From the IMG/VR virus record IMGVR_UViG_3300018430_000002: a stretch of 64,000 nucleotides of DNA; one strand, given 5' to 3'. This document shows positions 1 to 15,392 of the stretch, piece by piece. The position numbers and the translations under genes are program-made. The DNA comes from a virus. Lineage: Duplodnaviria > Heunggongvirae > Uroviricota > Caudoviricetes. The notes under the pieces are model-generated. The model had not been told where the DNA came from, did no database searches, and was given only the letters and a program-made list of their open reading frames with translations. Numbering within the stretch: the stretch's first letter is position 1; each line of letters begins with the position of its first letter.

Positions 1-3000
1 GCCTCTGGTAGCGATAATTTAAGTAGTAATATCGCGACATTGTTGAGTGGTTTAATGATGATTATTTCCATTGCACCTGCTATTGGTACAGCATTGACTA
101 CTGCGATGGGCCCAATCGGTTGGATTATTGGTGCAATTGCGGCGATTGGTGTTGCAGTTGCGGCAGTTACTGTTGGTATTAGTAAAGCTAGAAAAGAAGC
201 GTATCAAGCTAAACAAGAATCTAAATTAGAAAAAATTTAGGAAGAAAATGAAATACAAAATGAAGAAGTAAATAATAATCATAATTTAATTAAAAGTTAT
301 AATGATTTATACGCAACTTATTTAGAAACTGGCGAAGGACAAGAAGAACTTGCTGCGAGCGCAAGAGCATTAGCGGATGCTTATGGATTAGTTGGCGCGA
401 ATGTATTAATCGCAAGCGGTAATTTTAAAGAGTTTAATAATTAGCTTGCTTAGCATATGGGTTTTGATCAAGAATTAAGTTATTATCGTAGACAAAAAAA
501 TACTTTAATCGGTGCTTTTGCTGATAATAGTAAAAATTCAGTTTATTAGATGAATGATTCTAATATCATGGAATTTGAAGGAGAACTAAGTCCAACATAT
601 TCAGGACCAATGGTTGGTAGTTCTTTATATACTAGCGTGCCGAGTGAAACAGATCCATAGGTAGAACGTACTGTAGCTACGGGAGTTACTTCATATTATG
701 ATGCTGCGCAATAGGCTTTGGCTCTTGATCCATCTTTATTTTTAACATATGAAGGTCCTACTTCACAAGTTAAACAATATTATTCTCCTTTGGGCTGGTC
801 GGCGAGAAATAAAAATCCCACAGGAAGACGTGTAAGTGCTGAACAGGCAGGAAATATTTATGGCTATTATGATACAATGTTTGCAGGCAATAAAGATTAT
901 GCTGATGAAGCTTTTATCGCTGTAATGAATCAAGCGCGAGACAAAGAAGGAAATCCGCTTAATATAGACTGGTAGAGTATTATTGATACAGCATGGAATA
1001 ATGATCAAGATATAGGAGAAGCTATCACAGCAGCATTAATAGAACAAAATCCTGATTGGGAAAGTGTAATATAGCTAAGCGCTTTTGAGTATGTTGATGA
1101 TGGATTATCTTATGGAAGCGTTAATACAGAATTAGCTGATGTAGTAAATAAATGGAATACTAAATTTACTGACGCTTTTTTTGGTGAAAATGGTTTATTC
1201 GGACAAACAGATTATTTGCACGAAGTTCTAGGAGAAGATTTGTCGTTAGATTGGTCTTCTTTAACTGGAGAAGAAAAAGTTAAAAAATTTACACAAATCG
1301 CGGATTCAATTGATGCTATTGATGTTGAACTGGAAGACGTAAAGCTTAAAATGAGTGAATATGACGAAAACAGTCCTGAGTATATGATGCTTGAAGATTA
1401 TTATAATTATTTGCAAGGTGTATAGACTACTTTTAAAGATATTATTAATTATGATGATTATATAGCTGACGGTTCGACAGTAGCAGAAGCTATTGCCGAG
1501 ATCGAAGAAGTTGAATCAATGGAAGCAAAAATTATAGCATTAAAAGCTTCTATGGGACAGTTTATGGGTCAATCAGAAGACACCATGGGATTTAATGCAT
1601 TTTTTGATGGGGTAAATAGAATGGAAGATGCTATTGATTCAACAGCGGCGTCATATGAAGAATTACAATAGTATTTAGAACAAGAAAACGGACAATTTGT
1701 CAAAGATGCTGAAGGTAATTATAAAATATAGGCTGGAATGGAAAAAGAGTATGCTGCAGCACGAAGCAAATTAGCATCATAGTTATTATTAGATTACACT
1801 GCATTTGATGATTATGTTTATATGTATCAAGATTTGATATCTTTATTTGATAATCAAAATGAAATTGATATTGCGGCGAATTTTTTAGATATTTTTGATA
1901 TTAATTCAGTAGAAGAAGTTGACACTGCTTTTTATTATGAATTATAGCAATTCATTCAGAGAGATGCAGAAATGGCAAAGGGTATGTTGACAGCATATCA
2001 AAATCAAAGATAGATATGGCTTAATTAGGGTTTTAATAATGACGAAATTTAGGAAAAAACACAATAGTGGTTTGATGATATTGGTGAAGAAGTATTAGGT
2101 AAAATGATAATAGCAAATCAAGACACAGCCGCTTTTAATGCAGCAAATAAAATGAGCAATTCTGCACAAACTTGGGCTAAAGAGTTTAAAGACAACGACG
2201 GAGAAATGTCAATTGATGAAGCAACAGATATGTACAAATAGTATGCTGAATATCAAAAAGAATTTGAGGAACACGACTTAGGTGTAATTAAATCTTGGGA
2301 TGAATTTGTTGCGATGGATTATACCGAACGAGCCGCATATTTAGCAACATTAGCAGAACAATCTGAAGATAATGCTGAGCGATTAGCAGAAATAGCATTA
2401 GCTTCTGCTAGCGATGTTCGTGCGGCGTGGGAAGCGGAACATGGATATAATAGAGATTCATTTGAAACATTTCGCACAGGATATAATCAATATGCCGCAG
2501 CAGTAGCTGAAGATGGCTATAATGTAACATATGATACTGTTGATGGAAATACTGTTGCAGTAGTAAAAGATACAGATGGTCATATTATTGATGAAGATAC
2601 CTTCCGTCAAAATACTGGATATACTTTTAGTGATGCAATTCAATATTAGGGAGCTTCTTCTTTAATTGCTGCAGGTAGTCAAGTTTATCTTGAGGAAGAT
2701 AATGCTATAGCGACAGTTGAAGCTTTAAAATTAGTTTCTGATGGTGTTCTTACTGCGGAGGAAAAAATGACTGCAGCTTCTGACGCAGTTGCAGCTTTAT
2801 CCAAAGGCTTAGAACATTTTAATGAGACAGGTCAAATTAGTGTTGAAGTATTTAAAACATTAGGCAAACTGGGAATTCAGGTTAATAAAGATGATATAAA
2901 AAATATTCAAGATTTTATTAAATTGATGAATCAGGCGCGTTAGAAAGGTCAATAGGCTGTTGATAGTCAAATTGCTGAATATAATAAATCTTATGCATAG

Positions 3001-6000
3001 CAATATGGTGCTTTTAATGTAAATTAGACTTGGGATATGTCTTTAGTTGAGACAAATGCAAACTATAAAGCACGTTATGATGCTTGGGCAAAAATTATGG
3101 ATTTAATGACTCAAGTAGAAGGTATAGATGCTGAAATTAATAATGCTAATGCTCAAATAACACAATAGCAAATTGATTTATTTGATGCATAGATGGCATC
3201 TTTACAATAGTCTAGAGATGAATTACAAAAAACTGCAGAAGCGATGAAAGAAGCTGCGGATATTTTATCGGGTGCTATTGAAGATGGTTCTTTGTCTTTT
3301 GCTGATTAGGTTAAATTAGATGCAGCTGGAATTGCTGCATGGGAAGAAGGCGCTACTTATGCTGAAAGGATTGAAGCTGCTGCATTTGGTGCTGCAAAAG
3401 CAACTAATTAGGCGATGACAAATCAATTAGATTTAAATACTGCTATTGATTAGGCTGAATCATTATTTAATATTTATACTAATTTAACTAGTGGAAACAT
3501 AACTTTAAAAGATAGTTCATTATTTGATTCTTCTGATAGTCTTATTTCTTGGTTAATGGATCCTCAATTTGATGCATCAGGTTTAAGCGATGGAGCAAAA
3601 AATGCGATTATTGAAGCAGATAAAATTGTTCGATAGACTTTAGATGTAAATACAGCGACTACAGGACAATATTGGAAAGCGATGCAAGATTAGCTTAAGA
3701 TTATGGACCAAGAAGGAGCAGAAGCTTTAGCTTTAATTATGGCTGAAGGTAAAGACAGTATTGTTTCTTTATATAGTGAATTAGGATAGCATGAAGCAGA
3801 TTTGGCAAATCAATTTGTTGAAGATTGGATGAATGCATTTTAGACTGTCGCTGATATGCGTAAATCTATTTTAATGGGTGAAGATATTAGTGATGATTTA
3901 ACTTCTAGCTTTGATAATTTTAATCAAATTGCAAATCAATATTCGGGCGGTGGTGCGGCTCTTGTAGCAGACCAATTAAGTGGTAATTTAGATTTAGCTA
4001 AATTAACTCTTCCCGATCCAGATAAAATGGTTGAAGGTATTCGTGATGCTCGCGGTCTTGGTAAAAATGATACTATTTTTACTACAGATTCTTATGGCAC
4101 AAAACATGCATCTACTTGGTGGGAAGATATTGGTGCACGAATGGGTATGGACCGTAATGCAACCAAAGCAGATGGTACGGCCATGTATGCAGAAGGTGCA
4201 GACGGTGATGCGGAATACGTAAAGGCAGTACAAGAAAGAATCACTCCATAGTTAGAGACTTTACTTAAAGGTTATGATTTAACTGGTACAGATTTTGAGA
4301 CTATTGGTGATGTTATTTTAGGATATTTTGCAGGAGCGCCAGAAGCAATTGCTATATTAAATGATGCTGCGAATAAAACTTATGAAAATTCAGAAGCTTA
4401 TGGTGAATATCTTGAAAAGGAAAATATTTTAAGAGAAGCAGAAGCAGCATATTAGACAGAGGTTGAAGAACAACAAAAAATTCAAGATGAAGCTCTTGGC
4501 TTTGCAGATGCAACAGAAGCTATTCATGCTTTAGCTCCAGAGGATCGTGATGCGGCTAGTATTGCATCTATTTTAGAATAGCAAGGTATTACTTAGGATG
4601 ATTATATTGCTGCTCTTCAAGAAAAAGGTTATGATGTTTCTAGTTTAGAAGATATCGCAGGATTGAGTAATGATGCATTATTAGGTGCGGAAGATGCTTT
4701 TTAGACTGATGCTACTGAAGCAGGTGCTATTATTATTTCTGCTGGCGAAGCTTTTAAAGCAATTGTAACCGGAGAGGGAGCATTAGGTGAAGATGGTACT
4801 GGTATTACTCTTGGCGATACAACTTTTACAGAAGGTGCTGGATTCGCTGAAACTAGTGATGCAGTATAGCCAATGATGGAAACTGTTACCGAAAATACTG
4901 AAGCACAAACTGTTTTAGCAGAAGGAATTTCAACAGTTGATCCTAGAGAAGATTGGGAAACTGAAATGGGACATTTTGGTTTAGATGCTAAAGAAGTAGA
5001 TGAACTGGGTGATTCAATTCAAAAAATGGCTAAAGAATCTGAATTGCTTGGAGATAATTTAGAGACTGATGCTGAAGCAGCGGATAAAGTCGCAAAAACT
5101 TTTAAGCGTTATAATAAAGCTGTTGATCAAGTTGCAGATAGTTATGATGATTGGAAGAAGGCTTTAAAAGGTAATAATATTGATGAATAGGCTAAAGCAT
5201 TAAAAGAAATGGATAAAGCTTTTTCAGATATGCTTGATTTAGATTATGATAGCTTATCAGATGATTTTGTCCAAAATGCAGAAAATCTAGAATTAATGAA
5301 AGAAGCTGCAGAAGGCAATGAAGAAGCTTTTGATTAGTTGCAAGCAAAAGCAGCGGCAGATTTTATTATTGAAGGACAAGTTCAAACAGAATTTGATCAA
5401 GAATCATTTGATGCTGCGGCCATGGAATTGGCAACTGCTTATGATGATTTGCCAATTGGAGAACCAATTACACTTGGTGAAAACACTAATGTAAGCCCTG
5501 CTTTCTGGGCAGCGTGCGAACAAATTTTACAAGGTTTTGCAGCAACTGCAGCGGGTGCAGCGCAAGCAGAATAGGCTTTTGCTTCTCTGGGATATGACGC
5601 AGAAGTAGAAGTTGTTCCACAAGAAACTCCTGGATATTCTATTTCTTATCCAGTATTTACACAAGGTCCTTCTGTTGATGTTGGTGGTCCTGGGCAAACT
5701 ATGGCTACGGTTGAAGCTTCTACTGCTACTATTGACGTTCCTGGTTATACGCAAAATGTTTTAGCTATTAAATCTATTACCCCAAATGGCGCAGGCTTTG
5801 GCGGAAATGTCAGAGGCGGCGGTGGAGGAGGAGGTGGAGGTGGAGGAGGAGGCTCCAAAAAGTCCACTCATGATAAACGTAAAGCTCCAGAACGGTATCA
5901 TGAAAATACTAAAAATTATGATCGAATTTCTGAAGCACTTGAAAAAGTAAATAAAGCTAAAGATAGAGCTTTTGGTAAATCTTATCTTAAAAATCTCGAG

Positions 6001-8769
6001 AAAGAAAGAGAATTATTAAATGCTCAAGTAAACCTCCTTAAACAAAAAGAAGATGAAATTCAAAATTATTATGATGAAGATTTAACTAATCTTCAAAATG
6101 AACTTAATGCTTTAATGGGTGTATTAGGTGGAGAAAATATTGCATTAGATATTGATCCTAATACTTTAAATATTAATAACTGGGAAGAAATTGAAGCTAA
6201 AATTACTGAATTATATAATAAAAAAGCTGATTTAAAAATGTCTGATGAAGAATGGGAAAAAATTACAGAGCAATTAGAAAAATATGAAGAAATGAGAGAT
6301 CAATACGAAGAGACTGTTGCTCTTCTTGCTGAGAACGGTTTAACTATTGAAGATCTTTTAAATCAAATGTCCGAGCTTGCTCTTGAAGAAATTACTTATA
6401 AAGTTGAATATCAAGTTGAATTAAATGACGCAGATTTAGAACTTCTTGAATATTATCAGGAAGTTTTTGAAGATGACTTAGGAAGCGCAAGTGAATTAAT
6501 GGCCAATCTTTCTAATTAGGCAGGAATTGCTCAAAGTAATTTAAGCATTTTGGAAACTGGATTAAACGAGCTTAATGCGGCTTATGCAGCTGGTGAAATT
6601 AATGCAGCAGATTATCAAGAAGGTATTGCAGATATTAATAGTCAAATGATAGATTAGTTAAGTGAATTGCATGATATTCAAGATGAAATTGCAGAATTGT
6701 ATGCTGATACTCTGGATATGGCTCAAGATGAAATGGATGCTCATTTAGACCATTTAGATCATATTGCAGATGTTATGGAGCATTATGCAGAAATTTTCGA
6801 TTTAATGGGTCAAGGTACAGGTCGAGCTTATAAGAATTCTTTGATGGATATTTAGATTGCCGCGAATAAAGAATCATTAACTGCATAGTCAGATTTGTTT
6901 AATGAATTACTTGAACGCAAAAAAGAATTTGAAGCAAATATAGATGAAAATGGTAATTTCTCCACAGAACTTGAATAGCAACAATATGAAGCATTACTTG
7001 AAACCTTAACAGAAGTTCATGGCAATATGATGGATGCTGTTGCAGAAGGCATGGATCTTCTTGCTGCAAAATATGAAAATACTATTGAAAAGATTTTTGA
7101 AGATTTTGAAGAAAGAATGCTTGGTGCCAATCAGTCAATAGCTGATGTGGCAGATAAGTATGAATACTATCAAGAAACTCAAAATCGTCAATTAAGTGCG
7201 GCGCAAGAACTTTATGAAATGTCTAAATTAAATCGTTAGATAGAGCAATCTATTGAAGATAGTACCACCAAAGCTAATAAATAGATCCTTAAAGATTTAC
7301 AAGCTCAAATTAATGCAAGAGCAGAATTGAAAGATATGACTGAATATGATATTGAAATGATGAACTTACAATATCAATTAGTATTAAAACAAATGGCTCT
7401 TGAAGATGCTCAAAATGCAAAGAGTGTAGTAAGACTTACTCGCGATAATGATGGTAATTATGCTTATCAGTATACTGCTGATGATGAAAAAGTTGCTTCT
7501 GCATATCAAGAATATGAAGATGTATTACAACAAATTAATGATCTTGCTTCTGGACGAGTTGGAGAACTTGAATAGGCAATGTTGGATGCACAGCAAGAAT
7601 ATGCTGATGCCGCAAAAGAAATTGCTTTGGATATGACTTTAACTGAAACCGAGCGTCAAGCAAAATTAGAAGAATTGGCTAAGAGATATGAAGAAACTTT
7701 ACTTTATATCCAAGAAGAATATGGCTACGCTACGAGCGATTTAAAGAATAATTTGGCAACTACTTCAGATTGGTATAATACTACTCTGATAGAAGACAGT
7801 AATGCTGCGCAAGAACAAGTAGCAGATATGATTAAAAATGCTGAAACTTGGGCACAAGAATATGCTAATATGTTAACTGGTGAAAATGGTTCTGTTCTAA
7901 GCACTTGGAAAGATTATGCTGATGCTATTGCTACAATGTCTGAATTTATGGAAACTGCCTTAACAGAAGAAGGTATGAATAATTATCAAGCTGCCGCAGA
8001 GGCTGCAGGTCAAGCTGCCGCGGATGTAGTAACTATGCTTGGTGATGAATTAACAGATATTAATGCTGTAACACAAGCTTGGAAAGACTAGGCTGCTGCG
8101 ATGGACGAAGCAATTAAACGTTATGAAACTTTGGCCGCAAAGATGAATGATGTTATGCGCATGCTTGCTGAATTGGAAGAGGCTAAAGGGCCTGCATTAG
8201 GAGATGCTTCTAGTAATACTTCTGATGATGGTAAAGATGTTTCTTTCGCTGATCCTGAAATTCTTGCAGCAGTATTTGGAGAAGAACTTGCTTCTCAATA
8301 TACTGAAGGCAAAATTACTTAGGATTAGTTACTTGCAGAAATTATTGGCACAGTAGATAAAACGCAAGTTCAATGGGATGATTTAGAAGATGCCATGTAG
8401 GTATTGTGGGAATATCAATTAGACAAAGATAAAGATGAAACTAATGAAGAATATAAAAAAGCAAAAGAATTAATTGATGCCACTGGATTGAATTTAGAAG
8501 AAATTTGGGCATAGCTTGAAGCGCAAACGTAGGCTGAAATGGCGAGTATGTCTTCTTGGGCTATGGCATAGACTTTGATTAAAGATTCTACAGTTAATTA
8601 TAATACTACTTAGAATATTACAATGACAAATGAATTCCCGAACGTTGAAAGTATAGAAGATATTAAATAGGCATTTGAAGAATTATTCTTATATGCTTCT
8701 TAGTATGTTGATAGCGATAAAGCTAAAAAAACTTCTGCTAGTGGCGGAGGTGGAGGAGGAGGGCATTAA
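1..8769 (+). CDS. Tail tape measure protein, 5'-truncated, >2900 aa when TAG is read as Gln
   Basis: All frame-1 ORF fragments from 40 to 8322 join across TAG; the gene ends in TAA at 8767-8769. Ala/Glu-rich helical sequence, hydrophobic GPIGWIIGAIAAIGVAVAAV segment typical of tape measures, Gly linker near 5815-5853, located before the tail genes. Confidence 0.8.
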
Positions 8770-8784
8770 GCCCTCCTTTTTTTT
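8758..8784 (+). terminator. Intrinsic terminator after tape measure gene
   Basis: GGAGGGC-attaa-GCCCTCC stem followed by a T-run. Confidence 0.7.
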
Positions 8785-8860
8785 ATTGGGTAATAACCTA
8801 TAATTTATTTTAGATAATCTTTACGAAAATTAGAGTTATTGAGTAAAAGGAGATGAAATT

Positions 8861-11800
8861 GTGAATAAAGATACTATAAAATCTGCAGTTTTAGATAGTA
8901 TAGCATTAGTTGCCAATAAAACGGCATCTAATCTTGCTTTTGATAAAACAATAGAATGCAGAGTAGTTAGTGTCGAAAAAAAAGAATTTGGCATTTACAT
9001 GGTTGAATCTGATGAAGCTAAATTCGAAGCATATGCAACTGGCACTAATACTTATTATGCAAATGATATAGTTTATGTCACAATTCCAGGTGGAGATTTT
9101 AAACGACAAAAATTTATTATAGGTCGTAAAACTGATGAAAATGATGCAAGTTCAGTTTATAATTTGAAATTTCCATTTGATGATTTTATTAAACTAACAC
9201 AAATTGATTTAACTACTATTGAAGAAGCGAAAGCTTTAGCAGAATTAAATTATAATAATACTGTTGATAATATTAATAGTAAATCTCATATTATGGATTT
9301 TGGCTAGGCTCAAGAAGCATTAAAAAAAGCAGAAGAAGACTATAAGGCTTAGCTAGAATATATTGATAAAACGTATGAAGTACAATCTCCTGTAGATACT
9401 GGTTTTTTGGCGAATTATAGTCAAGATAATAATATTCATATTTATGGAGTAAATTTTGTACAACCTATTGTAGGAATGTCTAAACTTGGTATTGAATTAG
9501 AAGTATAGACATTGTTAGGAGATTTCCATCCTATTAATGGTTTATATGGATTATAGATTGATGTACATGGTATTATAGGTCCTACAGAAGAAGTGGAATC
9601 TTATGAACTTACTGAATCTTTTTTATTTTCTAATAAAGATATGTATGGTAATTCATATGCATATTATAATCCTTATATTCAGTAGAAAGTATTAGATATT
9701 TCTAATTTTAAAGAAGTTCATTCTGTAAATATTTTCTTTGTATAGGATTGCATGTTTTATGATGAAGAAGGTAAATTAATCCCTTATGAAAAAGATGAAA
9801 TTGATGAAGTTACAGGAGAACATGAGAGAGGTTTCTTACCGAAAAATATTTTCTTAACTAATTTTAAGGCTTATTTTGGTTTAGCTGGTTCAGAACTTAA
9901 TGAAGAAAAATTATATCTTTATACTTATGATCCATTATGGTTTAATAAAGATAGTGAAGGATATAATGAAAAAACTTTACGTTTTCAGTGGGTTCATATT
10001 AAAGACGATAAGAGCGGCACTATATTGTTTAGTAAACCAGAAGATATTGATACTTTTAATAATGCATTAAGAAAAGAAATTTTCGGTGAAAATAATGATC
10101 ATCCAACTAATGAGCAATTAATTGCTTATGAGAATAGAAAATTATAGATTTGTTGGTATATTGAAGATTTAGATGAAATTGCTTCAGCGGATGAAATAGC
10201 TGAGAGTTTAGGTTCTTTATATGCTGGCAATAGATGGAAAGTAATTACTGATAATAAGGCTGAAGCTTTAGATGAATATGGCAATCCAAAAGTTGGTTAT
10301 TATTATGATAGTGGTTTCCCTAAAGGCTCTAATTCTTCAGTCTTTGAATATAGTATTAATTTTAATAATTTTAATCGCGACGAAAAAAATCCCACGATTT
10401 ATACATATGCAAGATGTAAATATAAAGTAGCAGTTATTTTTGGTACTAATAAATATTTTTCATCTGAATTAACTTTCAAAAATTTTGCATCTTTAAATGG
10501 AACGGTTGAAGAGGGGCATACTGAAAATGCCGATATTATTTTTAGATGTTTTTCTGGTAGACGCTCTGAAGATGGTAAATATACAATTGAATGGGACGAT
10601 AATTCTTCTATTGGTCGTTTTTATGTTTATGACGAAAATGACAATATTTTAATGGACAGTGATGGAAGACGTTTTTCTGACATTACTTATTATATGCAAC
10701 TTTGGCATAGAGATCCAGATTATCCGCAGAATTATATTCCATTAATGTATGAAAAATATGATAATTCTGAAGATGCTGAAGATGGACATCAAATTACTAA
10801 TATTAATTTTACTACAAAATGGTCTTTCTTTGATAATAGTACAATGTTGCGCAGTAGCAATACTCCTAATCTTACCGACGAAGAAGTTTAGGCTTTTGTT
10901 GAATTGCTCGGAATGCCAAATGTTGTAAAGAAAGAAGTTACCACTGAAAACGGTACTGAATTAATAATAGATTTTGATGACCCAGATATTAAAGCTTTAC
11001 GAGAAATTACTCGAAGTTTTACGATTGAAGATCATTTATATTCTTATAAAAAGAATAATGAAGTAGTAGCAATTGTAGACAAAAATCATCAAAAATATTA
11101 TGCGCATAAAGATTTTCAGTTTGGTCGAGCAAATTCTCAAGGTACTGAATATACAGCTACAATTGTTTTGAAAAAAGTCGGCAATATTGAAGGTGCTGAT
11201 ACACAATTAGTTTCTGGAAAAAGATTTAGCTTAGAATGTTAGATTTATGACAAAGATCATAAATTAGCTAGATTTGACCATGAGATACAATACGATTGGC
11301 AATTATTGAATGAAGAACAATGTTATATTAAAGTCGATAATAATAATGCTGGAGCTATTTATTCAGGTACTTGGTATAATTTTAAAGAAGACAAAAAAAC
11401 ACCAAATGCGGCACCTGCTTTTAAAGTAACAATTAAGAAAGCAGGAGAGCATGATATTTATGCAAAACGTGGTTTCTTGGCAGGACCTGAAAAACTTAAT
11501 AATGTTCCATATGTCGCTATTATACCAGAGCGAGTAGAATATCGATCTGACGGCAGTCATCCTTATTATTATAATAACTGGTTCACTGTTTATGAAGCAG
11601 GAACCAATAAACAATTATATACTGATTGGACTATCAATAAGGATTTAAGCACTCCACATAGTTATATTACTCAAAAGGACGATAAATTAGTTGTAGTTCA
11701 TACTGATATTATACCAGATGGAGCGATAATTCCAAAACATATTCCTGCAAAAACAGTTACTGAAAATAATGAAGAAGATACTGAAATTTCAGCAGAACAT

Positions 11801-14800
11801 AATGATTATAAATTTGAAATGCAAGAATGGGGCAGTATTGGATTCTTGTGGGATAACCGTTTTGAAAATACAGTTTTATAGCTAGAAGGTAATTGTAAAG
11901 GATAGGTAATACGGCAAGCAATTGTCTTTGATTAGAATGTATATCCTTCATCTCTTGTTAATACTTGGGATGGAGTTGCTCTTTCTGTTGATGAAGCTAC
12001 TGGCTCTATTTTAGCAAATCGTATTGCGACAGGTACTAAAGATAATAGCGGTAGATTTACTGGTATTATGATGGGTGATTGGTCAGCATATGGTGATGAG
12101 TCTGTTGATATTGCTGGTATTTATGGTTTTGAAAATGGTCAAGAGACTTTTGGATTTTTGAAAGATGGTTCTGGATTTATTGGTGCTGCTGGCGCAGGTT
12201 AGATTCGATTTGATGGCCGAAATGCCATGATTGCCAGCGCATTAAAAAATGAATTTGGAACTCCCTCTTGTTATATTAATCTTAATCCTGCTAGAGTTGG
12301 TAATCCTAATTCTGTTTTAAATAGTGATAGTCAATATTTCTTATATTGTGAAACTGATAGAGCAAAAGATGCAGAAGTGGGATTAGATTAGTCTTGGGTT
12401 AATAAATTTTTTAAGAAAAAACGCAAAGTCGATGCTGATGGTAATTATATTACAGATGAATTTGATCAGTATGTTTACGAAGAAAATGATAAAGATTATT
12501 TCATTGTTGACCCTACTCGTGGTGTATTAACTACTGGTGGTATTATTGCCAGATACGGTTATATTGGTGACTGGCTTATTGATAAAGGTGGTTTATCATG
12601 GTATTCAGAATAGGGCTTGACAAAAGAAAATTTTTATGATACAATATATTTTGGAAATTGGACTAGAAATCCTTATTGTATTATGTATCGTGAAGAATAC
12701 GAAAAAGAAAAAGAAGATACTTATAAATCAATAAAAAATACTTATGATAAAAAACGAGAAGAATTAACTAAATAGTATGAAGAAGATTTAAAGAAAATTA
12801 AAATGACTGGTACAATTAAAGATGCTTAGGAGCTAGAAAAATAGTATAAAAAATCTTTAGATGAATTAAATACAGAAGAGAATAATGAGTAGAGTGCTGC
12901 ATTAGAAGCTTTTACTAAAGAGAGTAAATATCAACAATATTTAATGTCTGCTGGACGATTAAATTAGAATCGATTTAATTATGCTAATAAAGGTGTAATG
13001 AATTTTGGTGTAACTGCAGATGGATATTTATTTAGCCAGTCTGGTCGCATCGGTGGTTGGATTATTGGTGCAGACACTTTAACTTCTGCTAAAACAAGTG
13101 AAATTGTTGATGATTAGGGAAATATTATATCTGTTCCTGCGGTTGAATTGAATGGTGTTGAAGGAACCGCGACATTTGGAGTTATTAACTCTGCAGGTCA
13201 AATGCAAGGTCAAGTTAATTTGGCGGGCTATTAGATGATTGGATAGAGTGATAATACTTCTTATGCTAATTTATTAAGTACTACCTCTATTAGAACCTTA
13301 GATAATAGCAAAGCAGATTCTTTTAACTTTAAAATGACGTTAATTAGTAACGGTAATGTAGATGAAGATTAGTTTGTAATTTCTGAGAAATATGCTGTTA
13401 CAGCCGTAGAATATTAGTATGGAGAAAGTGATAACGAAACTATTTCTCCTACAGCTTGGGTTTAGGATTATATTGGAAACTCATTAAATAATATTGCAGT
13501 AAGAGGAAATCCTAAAAAATTCTTATGGGTGAAACAAATTTTTACGATATAGCCTATGGAAGGAAAATCTTTTCCGTTAGAAACTGATGCAATTTGTCTT
13601 GGAGAAAAAGTTAATGAAGAAATTTATTATAATGGGAAAGTAGAGCAATGTTATTTAAAATTAAAAGCTATTGAAATGTAGTATAATATTGTTGCAGAAA
13701 ATGAATCGATTGATGTAAATTCTACTTCTTGGAAAACAATTGATGAACTTAAAAATAAAGATGAGAAAATTGCAATCACTAAAACAACACCAAAAATTAT
13801 TACTAAATTAATTATATCATCTGTAGAGCATACTGTTGTCGATGAATCTAGTAAAGAACAATCTAAATTAGATTTTACTTATAATATTGGCATTACAAGT
13901 GCAACATTTGAATTATTTAATACTGATAATGCTTCTGGAAATATTGGCAAAACAGAGGATATTGCAATAAAGGGTGACACTTCAACTTTATCAGGAGAGA
14001 CAGGACAAACTTTTCAAATAGGACATTTTATGGCCAATAGTAAAGTAAAATTTGAATAGTTACACACTTGGTCTCTTCTTGAAGAACAAAAAGGTTATTC
14101 ATTAGGAATGTCCTTACAAACAGGAGAAGGAAATTCTTATATTGTTAAAACTGATGAATCCACTGGCGACACTACGGAAGAATATAATACAACTAAATTT
14201 TATATTTTCCTTGCTCCAACAATGGCACGATTAGCGAATAGATTTGCTTCACTTGGCACATATGCAAATCCATGGGATTATATATATGCTGGTACCTCAA
14301 TATTTATTAATGGCGATGCAGCTGCAACTTAGCGATGGGCAGAAGATAATATTAGATAGCCTTTGTGGAATAAAATTGTTGCAGTAAACAATTTGGCATC
14401 TACAGCTTATAAGAAAGCAAAAGACGCTGCGAGCAGAGCTCATTAGGCGGCAAACACTGCAAATGAAGCATTGAAATAGACTTTTGTTAGTGCTAAATTT
14501 AATATGACTGGCGGAGGATATGGAAAACAATTAGTATTAATTCGAAAAAATGGAGCGACTTTAACCCTCGCTCCTGTCGCATCGCTTATACATAAACATA
14601 CTCCCACTGTAACATGTTCTGAATCTAATGGCGAGATTACAATTAAAGTTTCTTTAAGCAATACTTCAATGAATGGTGAGGGCTCTGATTCTTTTAATAT
14701 GGCCAGTACCGCTTTTTTCAGGAAACATGCATATGCTTCAGGAGGTAAACTTGATAAAGGCGGTCTCAATGGAGGATATACTGAAAGATATCGTAATATT

Positions 14801-14977
14801 ACTGTTTCTGCGATACTGGCCGAAGATGGAACTACATTGGTTGAAAAATAGACTTATGATTGCCCAGATTATGGTAATGGATATAATAAAGGTTATGAGA
14901 CAGGCTACGAAGCAGGAAAAAAAGCTGGCTATAGTTTAGGGTATTCCGATGGACTCGCTGATGCTCGCGGAGCTTAA
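8861..14977 (+). CDS. Large tail/baseplate structural protein (~2038 aa, TAG=Gln)
   Basis: GTG start after AAGGAG. Frame-2 fragments 8861-14851 join across TAG and end in TAA at 14975. Contains GIYGFENGQETFGFLKDGSGFIG and GRIGGWII beta-rich motifs of the kind seen in phage tail proteins, with GxxxG repeats at the C-terminus. Confidence 0.65.
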
Positions 14978-15004
14978 TAATATATTATAAAGGAGAAAAA
15001 GGAT

Positions 15005-15391
15005 ATGACTTTAACTTATATGCAACTTTCATCTATTCTTGAGGCTCTTAAAGAGCTTCAAGAAATGAAGATGTCATTTAAACTTAGTTTAATTATTGCT
15101 AAGAATATTGAAATGCTTGAAAAAGAAGAAGAATTTTATATTCGTCAAGAGCAAGAATTTGCAACGAAATATTTGCAGAAAGATGAACAAGGAAATTTTA
15201 TTCAAAGTTCTGCGAATACTTTTCAAATTATTCCAGAATTACTAGATGAATGCATGGAAGCTCGTAAAGAACTTGACAGTTTTACAGTAGATGTAAATTT
15301 GCATTTAATTCCAGTAAGTTTAATTGAGAATATGGATTTTACTCCTGCTCAAGTGAAAGGATTAACTTTAATTATTAACGAGGAGGAATAA
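15005..15391 (+). CDS. Hypothetical phage protein (128 aa)
   Basis: Intact ORF with an AAGGAG RBS, tightly packed between tail genes. Confidence 0.7.
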   Translation: MTLTYMQLSSILEALKELQEMKMSFKLSLIIAKNIEMLEKEEEFYIRQEQEFATKYLQKDEQGNFIQSSANTFQIIPELLDECMEARKELDSFTVDVNLHLIPVSLIENMDFTPAQVKGLTLIINEEE

Positions 15392-15392
15392 T

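Noticed and set aside
5815..5853. GGN microsatellite as a phase-variation tract
   Set aside because: Mixed Gly codons in frame; a triplet-based protein linker would not shift frame.
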